Origin: the human T2T-CHM13v2.0 reference genome, Homo sapiens
Length of the DNA stretch: 64,000 bases
NCBI RefSeq assembly: GCF_009914755.1
Contig: NC_060942.1
Strand: one strand, 5' to 3'
Part shown: positions 20,467-35,835 of the stretch, one piece after another
Numbering within the stretch: position 1 is the stretch's first letter
How the letters are laid out: the number at the start of each line of letters is the position of its first letter
The notes under the pieces: generated by a model
Seen by the model: the letters and a program-made list of their open reading frames with translations, nothing else
What the model was told of the DNA's origin: nothing
Database searches by the model: none
Made by a program: the position numbers and the translations under genes

Positions 20467-21025
20467 TGTTGCTGGAAAAGAGGGTCCTGATACAGACCAC
20501 AAAGTAGGATTCTTAGATCTTGTGCAGGAAAAAATTTGAGGTGAGTCAGAGAGCAAAGTGAACGAAGCAAGTTTATTAGAAATGACTCCATTACAGAGTT
20601 GGACATCCTCAGAAAACAAGAGCAGGAATGCATTGTCTTTTGTTAGTGTCTCTACTCTAACTATAAAGAGAAAGAGTTATAATTAAACTTGGAAGGTGCA
20701 GATGTACTCATTGAAGTCGGGGCTATTCGTTTTAACAATGACAATTAACCCGTTGACCTAAGCTAGCTCATTAATATTATCTTTAAGAAAAAATGCTGCA
20801 CTCCTAGGACATTTATACATTTTTCAGGCTTGGTGGAAGATGTCTTGTATGGCCATAAATATTCTGCAGTTGTAATTTGTGGCCAGTAAAAAAATGTGGC
20901 TATTTTCAGACTATAGGTATTAACCTTCTAGATGCCTTGTGAGTACCTAGCTACTCATATTAAGATAGAGAATTCTAGTCATGTTTATTAAACTAGAAGC
21001 TTGATAACCATGAGTTCCTCTAACA
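20467..21025 (-). mobile_element. 5' LTR of the ERV1 provirus (MER4-group-like; family not assigned)
   Basis: tgtt...aaca termini; TATAAA 20812-20817 and AATAAA 20572-20577 on -; PBS-like sequence immediately 3'. Confidence 0.7.
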
Positions 21026-21264
21026 CAGCAAGTCTACTCCTCAAGGAGAAAATGTATTTCTCAGGAATTTTGTGCATTTTATTTGATGGCATTTGGTATG
21101 TTTACCATAATGGCAGAAAAGAGTGAAATTAGTCCTCAAAGATTTCTCAAGATTGGATATAAAGTAACAAATGATTATAGTTAATATGCAAGTTGACACA
21201 GTTGATATGCAAAAGAAATTTTGTCTGGAACACAATGAGATTTTTATTTATTAATTATTATCAT

Positions 21265-21554
21265 TATCGTTTTGAGACAGAGTCTTGCTCTATTGCCCAG
21301 GCTGGAGTGTGGGGCACCATCTTGGTTCACTGAAACCTCTGCCTCCCGGGTTCAAGTGATTCTCCTGCCTCAGCCTCCCAAGTAGCTGGGATTACAGGCA
21401 TGAATCACCACACCCAGCTAATTTTTGTATCTTTAGTAGAAATGGGGTTTCATTCTGTTGGCCAGGCTGGTCTCAAACCCCTGACAACAAGTGATCTGCC
21501 CACCTTGGCCTCCCAAATTGTTGGGATTACAAGCATGAGCTACTGCTCCCAGCC
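21265..21554 (-). mobile_element. Alu (AluS-like)
   Basis: Dimeric Alu consensus in reverse orientation. Confidence 0.9.
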
Positions 21555-22839
21555 ACAATGAGGCTTTTAAATAATTCTGATTTCCTGCTGCTGAGCAGGG
21601 AGCCGAGCAAATTCAACAGTTCATGGGCCTAAAGTAGGAGAAGACTGAGGACAAACTCTAGAACACATGTGATTAAATTAATTACAATGGAAACCAAATC
21701 AAATTTAATAAGGCCATACCTCTTAGTTTCAAGATGTTTCCCCTCATTTTGAAATGTGGTGTTATTCAGTGGAAAAGAAAAATAGTGTTTATCTCCAGAG
21801 TAAAGAACAGGGTTCCCTGCAGGGACTGACTGACTGAGAGCTATGGCTCAGGATTAAAAATTCTCTTTTTTCCACTTACAAACTAAAAATTAATTTCTAA
21901 GCCCCTATTGACTAAATGGACCCCTCTTCTTGGATAAGGACATTCCAAAGTTAACCTGAAAAGCTACTTCAAGCCATGGGTCACACCTGCCTCATTAGAC
22001 TCTCCTCCCTTTGGTTTTAATTGTAATTTTTAATTAATTTTTATGGGTACATAGTTAGTGTATATATTTATGGGGGTACATGACATACTTTGATACAGGC
22101 ATGTAACGAGTAATACATAATAAAAAACAGGGTATCCGTCCCCTCAAGCATTTATAGCTTGTGTTATAAACAATCCAATTATACTATTTTAGTTTTTATA
22201 AAATGTATAATTAAATTTTTTTTACCATAATCACCCTGTTGTGCTATCAAATACTGTCTTATTCATTCTTTCTAACAATTTTTTGTACCCATTTCACATC
22301 CCCACTAACCCCGTTCCCCCACTGCCCTTCCCAGCCTCTGGTAACCACCCTTATACTCTCTATGACATCAATTATTTCAAATTTTAGCACCCACAAATAA
22401 GTGAGGACATGTGACATTTTTCTTTCTGTGCCTGACTTATTTCACTTAACATAAAGACTTTCAGTTCCATTTCTGTTACTGCAAATGACAGACTCTCATT
22501 CTTTCTTATAGCTGAATAGTACTTCATTGTGTATATGTACCACATTTTCTCTATCCAGTCATCTGTTGATGGACATTTAGGTTTCTTCCAAATCTTGGCT
22601 ATTAGCAACATTTGTTTTTGACTGACTTCTGGATAAAAGCCACCTTAACTGAGGTGAAATGATATCTCATTTTGGGTTTGATTTGCATTTCTATGATGAT
22701 CAGTAATGTGGAGCACCTTTTCACTTGCCTATTTGCCATTTGTATGTCTTCTTTTCATAAATGTCCATTTAAATTTTTGTCCACTCTTTAATTGATTATA
22801 TTTTTTTCTATAGAATGTTTTGAACTCAATATATTGTAG

Positions 22840-23510
22840 TGTATTAGTCTGTTTCTGCACTGCTATAAAAAAACTGAGACTGGGTTATTTATCTATTTAT
22901 GTATTGAGATGAAGTCTTGCTCTGTCGCCCAGGCTGGAGTGCACTGGTATGATCTCGGTTCACTGCAACCTCCACCTCCTGGGTTCAAGCAATTCTCTGC
23001 CTCAGCCTCTTGAGTAGCCGGGATTACAGGCACCTGACACCATGCCCAGCTAAGTTTTGTATTTTTAGTGGAGACGGGGTTTCACCATCTTGGCCAGGCT
23101 GGTCTTGAACTCCTGACCTCGTGATCCACCCGCCACAGCCTCCCAGAGTGCTGGGATTACAGGCATGTGCCACTGTGCCTGGCGAGACTGGGTAATTTAT
23201 AAAGGAAATAGGTTTAACTGAGTCACAGTTCCACATGGCTGGGGAGGCCTCAGGAAACTTACAATCATGGCAGAGGGGAAGCAGGCACCTCTTCCATGAT
23301 GGCAGGCGAGACAGCATGTATGTGAAGCAAAGGGGGAAGAGCCCCTTATAAAACCATCAGATCTCATGAGAACTCACTCATTATCAGAAGAACAGCCTGG
23401 GGGAAACCAACCCCATGATCCAATCACCTTCTACCAAGTCTCTCCCTCAATACCTGGGGATTACAATTCAATATGAGATTTGGGTGGGGACACAAAGCCT
23501 AACCATATCA
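22840..23510 (-). mobile_element. MSTA/THE1D-like MaLR solo LTR with an internal Alu (~22890-23183)
   Basis: tgtattagtc...aaccatatca; 5-bp TSD tgtag on both sides. Confidence 0.85.
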
Positions 23511-24503
23511 TGTAGCTATTAATTGCTTTTCAGATGGGTAATTTACAAATATTTTCTTCCATTCTGTGGGTTTTCTCTTCACTTTATTGTTTCCTTCACT
23601 TTAAAAAAGCTTTCTGACTTGCTGTAATTCCATTTGTCCATGTTTGCTTTGGTTGTCTGTGCTTATGGGGCATTATTTAAGAAATTTTTGCCCAAACCAA
23701 TGCCCTAAAGAGTTTCCCCAGTGTTTTCTTGTAAAATTTTGATAGTTTGAGGTGTTAGGTTTAAGTCCTTAATTCATTTTAATTTGATTTTTGTATTTTG
23801 CAAGAAATAGTGTTGTAGTTTCATTCTTCTGCCTATGGCTTGCCAGTTTTCCCAGCCCTATTTATTACAGAAACTGTCTTGTTTTTTGTTGTATGTTATT
23901 GACACTTTTGTTGAAAATTAGTTTAGTTGTATGAGTTTGTTTCTAAGTTCTCTATTTCATTCCATTTGTCTTTATGTCTTTTTATTCTAGTGTCATGCTG
24001 TTTTAATTACTATAGCTTGATAGTACAATTTAAAACCATGTAATGGGATTCCTCCAGTTTTGGTTTATATACTCAGAATAGCTTTGACTATTATGGTGTT
24101 TTGTGGTTCCATATTTCAGATTTTTTTTCTATTTCTGTGAGGAATGTCATTGTTATTTTGATAGAGATGGCATGAAATGTATAGATTGCTTTGGATTGTA
24201 TGGACATTTTTTAAAATACTGATTCTTCCAATATGTGAACATAGAAATAACTTTCCATTTTTTTGTCTTCTCTTTCATTTCTTTTATCGGTGTTTTACAT
24301 TTTTAATTGTTGAGAACTTTTATTTCTTTGGTAAATTCCCACACATTTTGTTTTATTTGTGGCTATTGCAAATAGGGTTACTTTTTTGAATTCTTTTGCA
24401 GTTTGTTGACTGTTGGCATATAGAAATCCTACTGATTTGTATATGTTAATTTTGTATTCTGCAAATTTACTCAAGTTATTACTTCTAATAGTTTTTTGAT
24501 GGA

Positions 24504-26958
24504 AATATTACACCATTCTCACATTGCTGTAAAAACAATTGGTGACTGGTTAATTTATAAAGGAAATAGGTTTAATTGGCTCATGGTTCTACAGGCTGTA
24601 CAGAAAGCATAGCACTGGCTTCTGCTTCTGGTCAAGCCTCTGACAACTGACAATCAAGGTGAAAAATAAATCTGGTGCTTGCACATCACATGGTAAGTGT
24701 GAGGGCAGGGGGGAAGTGCTACACACTTGTAGATAACCAGCTCTCATGAAAACTTACTATTGTGAGAATGGCACCAAAGGAAATGATGCCAAACTGTTCA
24801 TGGAAATCCTGCCCTCATGATTCAATCATCTCCCGACTAGGCCCACTTCCAACATTGAGGATTACATTTTAATATAAGATTTTGGTGGGAACACACACCT
24901 AAACTATATCATTTTGCCCCTGGCCATTCCAAATCTCACATCCTTCTCACATTTCAAAATACAATCATGACATCCCAATAATCCCCAAAGTCTTCACTCA
25001 TTTCAGCCTTAACTCAAAAGTCAAAAGTCTCATCTAAGACAAAGCTAGTTTATTCTTCCTATAAGCTTGTAAAATAAAAAACAAATTAAGTGCTTCCAAG
25101 ATACAAATGGGGCATAGGCATTGGGTAAATACTCCTATTCTAAAAGGAATAAATCAGCTAAAAAAAAGAGGCCACAGGACCCATACAAGTCTGAAGCCCA
25201 GAAGGGGAGTTATTGAATTTTAAGGCTCCAAAATAATTATTTTTGACTCTACGTCCCATTTCCAGGGCACACTAATGCCTTGGGACGTTTAGACCTTGTG
25301 GCTTTGCATGGTTCAGCCCCCACAGCTGCTCTCATGGGCTGGTATTGCGTGCCACTGGCTGGTTTTGTGTGCTTCTGGCTTTTGCAGGTGCAAAGTGCAA
25401 GCTGTAGCTAGATCTACCATTCTGGGATCTGTAGGACAGTGATCCTCTCCTCACAGATCTACTAGGCCATGCCCCAGTGGGGAACCCACATGGGGATTGT
25501 AACCCTACATTTCTTCACTGCATTGTTTTAGTAGAGGTTCTCCATGAGGGCTCCACCCCTGCAGCATGCTTCTGCCTGCACACCCTAGCTTTTTTATACA
25601 TTATTTGAAGTAAAGGTGGAGGCTCCCAAGTCTCAACTCTTGCATTTTGTACACTCACAGGCCTAACACCATATGAAAGCTACCAAGGCTTATGGCTTGC
25701 ACCCTCTGAAGCAGTGACTGGAGTTGTAACTGGGCCAATTTGTGCTACACCTGGAGCTGGAGCAGTGGCCAGGATGCAGGGAGCCATGTTCTAAGGCTAC
25801 CCAAGGCAGCAGTTCCTGGGCCTGATCCCAGAAACTATTCTCTTCTTTTAGGCCTCAGGGTCTGTGATGGGGGGCTGCCTTTTAGATTTCTAAAATGCCT
25901 TCAATTCCTCTTCCCCATTGTCTTGGCTATCAACACTTGCTTTTTTTTTTTTTTAAGTTATACAAATATCTCTAACAAGTGATTGCTCCACAGGCTGCTC
26001 GAGTTCCTCTCTTGTAAAAGCTTTTTATTTTTCTGCCACATGACTAGGCTGCAAAGTTTTTAAGCTTTTACGCTATGCTTCCCTTGCAAGTAAAAATAGA
26101 TTACAACTTACTTTTTTTTGCTCCAACATGTGAGCATAGGTTGTTAGAAGCAGCCAGGCCACATCTTCAATGCTTTAGTGCTTAGATATTTTTTCAACAG
26201 AAACCCTAAATCATCACTTTCAAATTCAAACTTTTATATAACCCTAGGGCATAACAGAAATTCAGCCAACCACTTTGCTAAGACAACATGAATGACCTTT
26301 GCTTCGATCCTAATAAGTTTCTAATTTTCATCTGAGACCTCCTCAGCTCAGCCTTCACCGTCCAGATCACTATCAGCATTTTCGTCAAAGCCATTCAAAG
26401 TTAAGAAAATCTCAACTTTCCCTCATTTTTCTGTCTTCTTCTGAATCCTACAAACTCTTCCAACCTCTGCCTGTTTACCCAATTACAAAGCTGATTCCAC
26501 ATTTTCAGGTATTCATATAACAATTTTCCACTCCTTTGTGCCAATTTTCTGTATTAAGCTTTTTTCCCATCACTATAAATACCTGAGACTGGGTAATTTA
26601 TTTTTTAAAAAGGAGGTTTAAGTGGCTCATGATTCTACAGGCTGTAGAGAAGACACAGCACTGGTATGCACTTCTGGGAAGGCCTCTGGAAGTTTACAGT
26701 CATGGCAAAAGTTGAAGCAGAATCTTGCACATCATAGGGCAAAAAGCAGGAGCAAAAAAACAGAGGGGCAAGTTGTTACACACTTTTAAATAACCAGGTC
26801 TTATGGGAACTCACTCACTATCATGAAGATAGTACCAAGTGGGATGGTGCTAAGCCATTTATGAGTAATCCACCCCAATGGTTAAATCACCTTTCACCTG
26901 GCCCACCTCCAACATTGGGAATTACATTTGGGAGGGGACACACATTAAAACCCTATCA
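24504..26958 (-). mobile_element. Complete MST-type MaLR element: LTR (24504-24910), internal region, LTR (~26550-26958)
   Basis: Two homologous LTRs ending aaactatatca / aaccctatca flank a typical MaLR internal sequence (cccctggccattccaaatctcacatcc...). Confidence 0.82.
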
Positions 26959-27354
26959 GAGGAGTCTTTACGTTTTTCCAAATATAAGATTATATCACTG
27001 GCAAAAACAATAATTTGACTTCTTTTCCAATTGGGATGCCTTTTATTGCTTTCTCTTGTCTGATTGCTCCAGATAGGAATTTCAGAATTATGTTGAATTA
27101 CAGCGGTAAAAGTGGATATTCTTGTCATCTTCCAGATTTTAGAGGAAAGGCTTTTAGTTTTTCCCCACTTAGTATGATACTAGCTGGGGGTCTGTCATAT
27201 ATGACTTTTATTATGTTGAGATATGTTCATTCCATACCAGTTTTCAAAGGGTTTATTATTAAAGAATATTTAATTTTATCAAATAATTTTTTAGCATAAT
27301 GGAAATGATTATATGGATTTTGTCCTTCATTCTTTTTTTTTTTTTTTGAGATGA

Positions 27355-27663
<309 letters not shown>

Positions 27664-30244
27664 TGATTTGCGTGTTGAACCATCCTTGTATCTCTGGGAT
27701 AAATTCCACTTGGTCATTATGAATTACCTATTTATGTATTGTTTAATTGAGTTTGCTAGGTTTTTTGCAAATTTTTGCATCAATATTCTCAAATATGGGC
27801 CCGTAGTTTGCTTTTTAAATGTGTCTTTGTCTTGTTTTGATATCAGTGTAATACTAGCCTCAAAGAATGAGTTTGGAAATGTTCTTTCCTTCTCTATTTT
27901 TCAGTCTGGTCCTACAGACATTTTTTTATTATGGCTTTAATTTTGTTACTCGTTATTGGTCTGTTCAGGTTTTGGATTTTTTCCTAGTTCACTCTTGGTA
28001 AGTTGAGTGTGTCTAAGAATTAATTTCCTCTAGGTTTTCTAATTTGTTGGCATACAATTACTTATAGTAGCCACTAATGATCCTTTGATTTTCTGAAACT
28101 TGTAATGTCTCCTTTTTCACCTTTGATTTTATTAATTTGTATCTTCTCTGTTTTTTAGCTAGCTGTCTAAATATTTGTTAATTGTTTTACTTTTCAAAAA
28201 ACCAACTTTTTGTTTCATTGATCTTTTGCACTGTTTTCTTCATTCTATTTCTGCTCTAATTTTTATTATTTCTTTTCTTCTAATTTTGAGTTTTGTTTGG
28301 CCTTTTTATTCTAGTGAATTAAGATGTATTGTTAGGTTATTTATTTGCAGCTTTTCTGATTTTTATATAGGCACTTACAGTTATAAATTTTCCTTTTATA
28401 ATAGTACCTCTTTTACCATATTCCACAGGTTTTGCTATGCTATGTTTCTATTATTGTTTGTTTCAAGAAATTTTTCCATTTTCTTTTTAACATTTTTATT
28501 GACCTACTGATCATTAAAGAGCATACTGTTTAATGTCCAAGTGTTTGTATAGTTTCTGAAATTCATTTTTTAATTGATTTCTAGTTTGTTCCATTGTGGT
28601 CAGAGAAAATGCTTGATATTACTTCAATTTTTTTAATGTTTTTAGACTTGTTACATAATATATGGTCTATCCTTGAAAATAACCCATGTGCAGAGAAGAA
28701 CAATGTGTATTCTGCAGCTGTTGAATGAAATTTTCTGTAAATATCTATTAGGTTCATTTGTTATACAGTGCAGATTAAGTCTGATGTTTCTTTGTTGATT
28801 TTCTGTCTGGAAGGTCTATCCAATGACTAAAGTAGGGTGTTGAAGTGTCCAGCCATTATTGTATTGATATCTCTTTCTTTAGCTCTTATAGTATTTGCTT
28901 CATTTATCTAGGTGCTTTAGTGTTGAGTGCATATATATTTCTTATTATATCCTCTTGAAGAATTGATCTCTTTATTATTATATAATGACCTTCTTAATAT
29001 CTTCCTACAGTCTTTTGTTGAAATCTATTTTTGTATGGTATAAGTAAAGCTATTTCTGCTCTTTTTTGGTTTCTATCGGCATGGAATAACTTTTTCCATC
29101 ATTTTATTTTCAGTCTAAATGTATCTTTACAGGTAGAGTATTTTTTTTGTAGGTCACAGATTATTGTCTTGCTTCTCTATCCATTCATCCACTATTTGTC
29201 TTTTGATTGGAGTATTTAGTTCATGTACATTCAATGTTATTATTGATAAGCACTTACTCCTGCCATTTTGTTACTTGTTTTCTGATTGATTTTTGTCCTC
29301 TCATTGTTCTTTTCTTTCTTCCTGTCTTCCTTTTAGTGAAGGTGATTTATATTTTAATATTATCTAATTTATTGCTTTTTACTTTTTGTACATCTGTGGT
29401 ACGCTTTTTGATTTAAAATTACCATGAGGCTTGAATATAATATAACACATCATTTTAGACTGTGGACAATTTAACATTGATTGCATAAACAAAGAAACAA
29501 GCAAAGCAACTAATAAAAACTCTACACTTTAACTCCATTGCCATTCTTTTAAACTTTTTGTTGTTTCTCTTCCTTCCCTATTTTACTGTCTATGTCTTGG
29601 AAATATGTTGTAGTTATTTTTTATTGGCTTATTGTTTACTCTTTCTATTTGAGATTTTTGCACACCATAATTACCATGTTATAATATTCTGTGTTTTTCC
29701 ATGTGCTATTACTACTGAGTTCTGTACCTTCAGATGACTTCTTATTGCTTACTCACTTTTTTCTTTCAGGCTCAGAACTCCCTTTTGCATTTCTTGTAGG
29801 ACAGGTCTGGTGTTAATGAAATACCTCAGTTTTTGTTTGTCGGAAAAAGTTCTTATTTCTCTGTCAAGTTTAAAGGACTTTTTGCCAGATACATTATTCT
29901 AAAGTAAAGTCTTTTTTTTTCCTTCAGCTTTTTTAATATGTCATGCCACTCTTTCAGCCTGTAAATTTTCTCCTGAAAAGTCTGCTGTCAGATGTATTGG
30001 AGTTCCATTGAATGTTATTTGTGTCTCTTCTCTTGCTGCTTTTAGAATCATATCTTTATCCTTAACCTTTGGGTGTTCAGTTAAGTGCCTTGAGGTGGTC
30101 TTCTTTGGGTTAAATCTGCTTGATGTTCTGTAACTTTCTTGTACTTGAATGTTGATATCAAATGTTGGGGAATTGTTTTTAATATTATTTCTTTAAATAA
30201 ATGTTTAATTTTTTTTTTTTTTTTGACAGAGTCTCGCTCTGTAG

Positions 30245-30412
<168 letters not shown>

Positions 30413-31399
30413 TAGCCAGGATGGCCTTGATCTCTTGACCTTGTGATCCACCCGCCTCAGCCTCCCAAAGTGCTGGGATTACAGGCGTGAGCCACTGCAC
30501 TGGGCCAATAAATGTTTAGCTCTTATCTCTTTTTCTACCACCTCTTTAAGGCCAATAACTCTTAGATTCCTATTTTGAGGCTATTTTTTAGATTCTGTAG
30601 GCATGCTTTATTTTTCATTCTTTTTTGTCTCCTCTGACTTTTTCTTTTCAAATAGTCTGACTTCAAGTTCACTAAATCTATCTTCTCCTTGATCAATTTT
30701 TTTAAGTAACTCTGATGCATTCTTCAGTATGATAATTGGATTTTAACTTCAGAATTTCTGCTTTATTCTTTTTATTTCAATCTCGTTAAATTTATCTGAT
30801 AGAATTTTGAATTCCTTCTCTGCATTATATTGAATTTCTTTGAATTACCTCAACCAGCTATTTAGGATTTCCTGCATGAAAGGTCACATATCTCTATTTT
30901 TCCAGGATTTGCCCCTGGTGCCTTATTTAGCTTGTTTGGTGAGGTCATGTTTTCCTGGATGGCCTTGATACTTGTAGATGTTCATCCATATCTGGGCATT
31001 GAAGAGTTCAGTCTTTATTGTAGTCTTCACAGTCTGGGCTTCTTTGTGCCCATTATTTTTGGGAACATTTTCCAGGTGTTCAAAGAGACTTAGGTCCCAA
31101 GCCCAAAAGCACAGTAGCAAACATGTAGAGGTACTGCTGTGGTGGCCTTGGATTAACATTAAGAAAAATTCTCTTGATTTATCAAGTAGAGATTCTAGTT
31201 CTCTTCCCTTTCTTTCTCTGAAACCAGCAGTCTCTCTTTCTGTGCTAAGCCATGTGGAGCTGGAGTTGGGGTAATATAAGCATCCCTGAGGCCATCACCA
31301 CTGAGACTGCGCTGGTTCACACTTGAAGTAGGCATAGAACTTGGTCTCACCCAAGGCCCACTGTAACGACAACTTGGCTACCATATAACTTTATTAAAA

Positions 31400-31988
31400 G
31401 CCCTAGCCCTAGCCCTAACCCTAACCCCAAACCCTAACCCTAGCCCTAGCCTTAGCCCTAACCCTAACCCTAACCCCTAACCCTAACCCTAACCCTAACC
31501 CTAACCCTAACCCCTAACCCTAACTCTAACCCTAACCCTAGCCCTAACCCTAACCCTAGCCCTAGCCTTAGCCCTAACCGTTACGCTAACCCTAACCCCT
31601 AACCCTAACCCTAACCCCAACCCTTAACTCTTAACCATGACCCCTAACCACTGACCCCAACCCTAGCCCTAACCCTAACCCTACCCCTAACCCCAAACCC
31701 TAACCCTAGTCCTAGCCTTAGCCTTAACCCTTACCCTAACCCTAACCCCTAACCCTAACCCCAACCCTTAACTCTTAACCATGACCCCTAACCACTGACC
31801 CCAACCCTAACCCTTAACCCTAACCCTTAACCCTAAAACCCTAACCCCAACCCCAACACTAACCCCTAACCCTAACCCTCACCCTCACCCTAACCCTTAA
31901 CCCTAACACTAACCATCTAACCCTTCTCCATAACTTAAACCTAACCATTACCCCAACCCTAAATCAAACTCTAAGCAAACCCTAACAC
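31400..31988 (+). repeat. Interstitial telomeric sequence 1: (CCCTAA)n with CCCTAG, CCCCAA and CCCTTAA variants
   Basis: About 590 bp of telomeric hexamers, C-strand on +. Confidence 0.97.
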
Positions 31989-32228
31989 ACTAGGCACACA
32001 AGAACAGGTGTGCATATTCATTCTGTCATACTTATGTTTGCACTTCCTCTCACACATACACATCAACACACTCACATATGCATACCCCTACACATACTGA
32101 AATGTCATCTGATTTGTGACCCAAAGAACTCTCAACTAAGAAATAAATGAAAAGTTGCTTACACTGACTAATACTAAAGGAAGTGCTAATTAAAAGAATA
32201 TTAAAATATCTTTGCCTGCCTGTGTGCA

Positions 32229-35340
<3,112 letters not shown>

Positions 35341-35397
35341 TTCATTCTAAAATTTTAAAAAATTCTAAAATTTTAGCCATGAATCAGGCATAATTAC

Positions 35398-35502
35398 TGT
35401 GATGGTTAATTTTAGGTGTCAACTTTACTAGATTAAGGGATACACAGAGAGCTGTTAAAGCACTATGTGTGGGTATGTCTGTGAAGGTGTTTTCAGAAGA
35501 GG
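35398..35502 (+). mobile_element. 5' fragment of an MLT2 (ERVL) LTR
   Basis: tgtgatggttaattttaggtgtcaact...gggtatgtctgtgaaggtgttttcagaagag. Confidence 0.75.
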
Positions 35503-35504
35503 TA

Positions 35505-35835
35505 TCATACTGGTATAACATATCACGGCATATCGTAATACTGATATGACACCCACAAGACTGCTGTGACACCCAGAAGACTGATGTGAAGCCCACGAGA
35601 TTCATGACACTCCTAAGACTCATATGACACCCATAATACTGATACGACACCTGTAAGGCTGATATGACACTCGTAAGACTGATGGGACACCTGCAATACT
35701 GATATGATGCACACAATACAGATATGACACCCGAAATACTGATATGACACCCACAATACTGCTATGACACCCCTAAGACTCACGTGACACCCTCAATACT
35801 GATATTGCAGCCGCAATACTGATACAGCATCCAGA
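35505..35835 (+). repeat. Diverged 20-bp minisatellite, consensus CTGATATGACACCCACAATA, about 16 units
   Basis: Units start at 35541, 35561, 35581 ... 35639, 35659, 35679, 35699 and onward. Confidence 0.9.
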
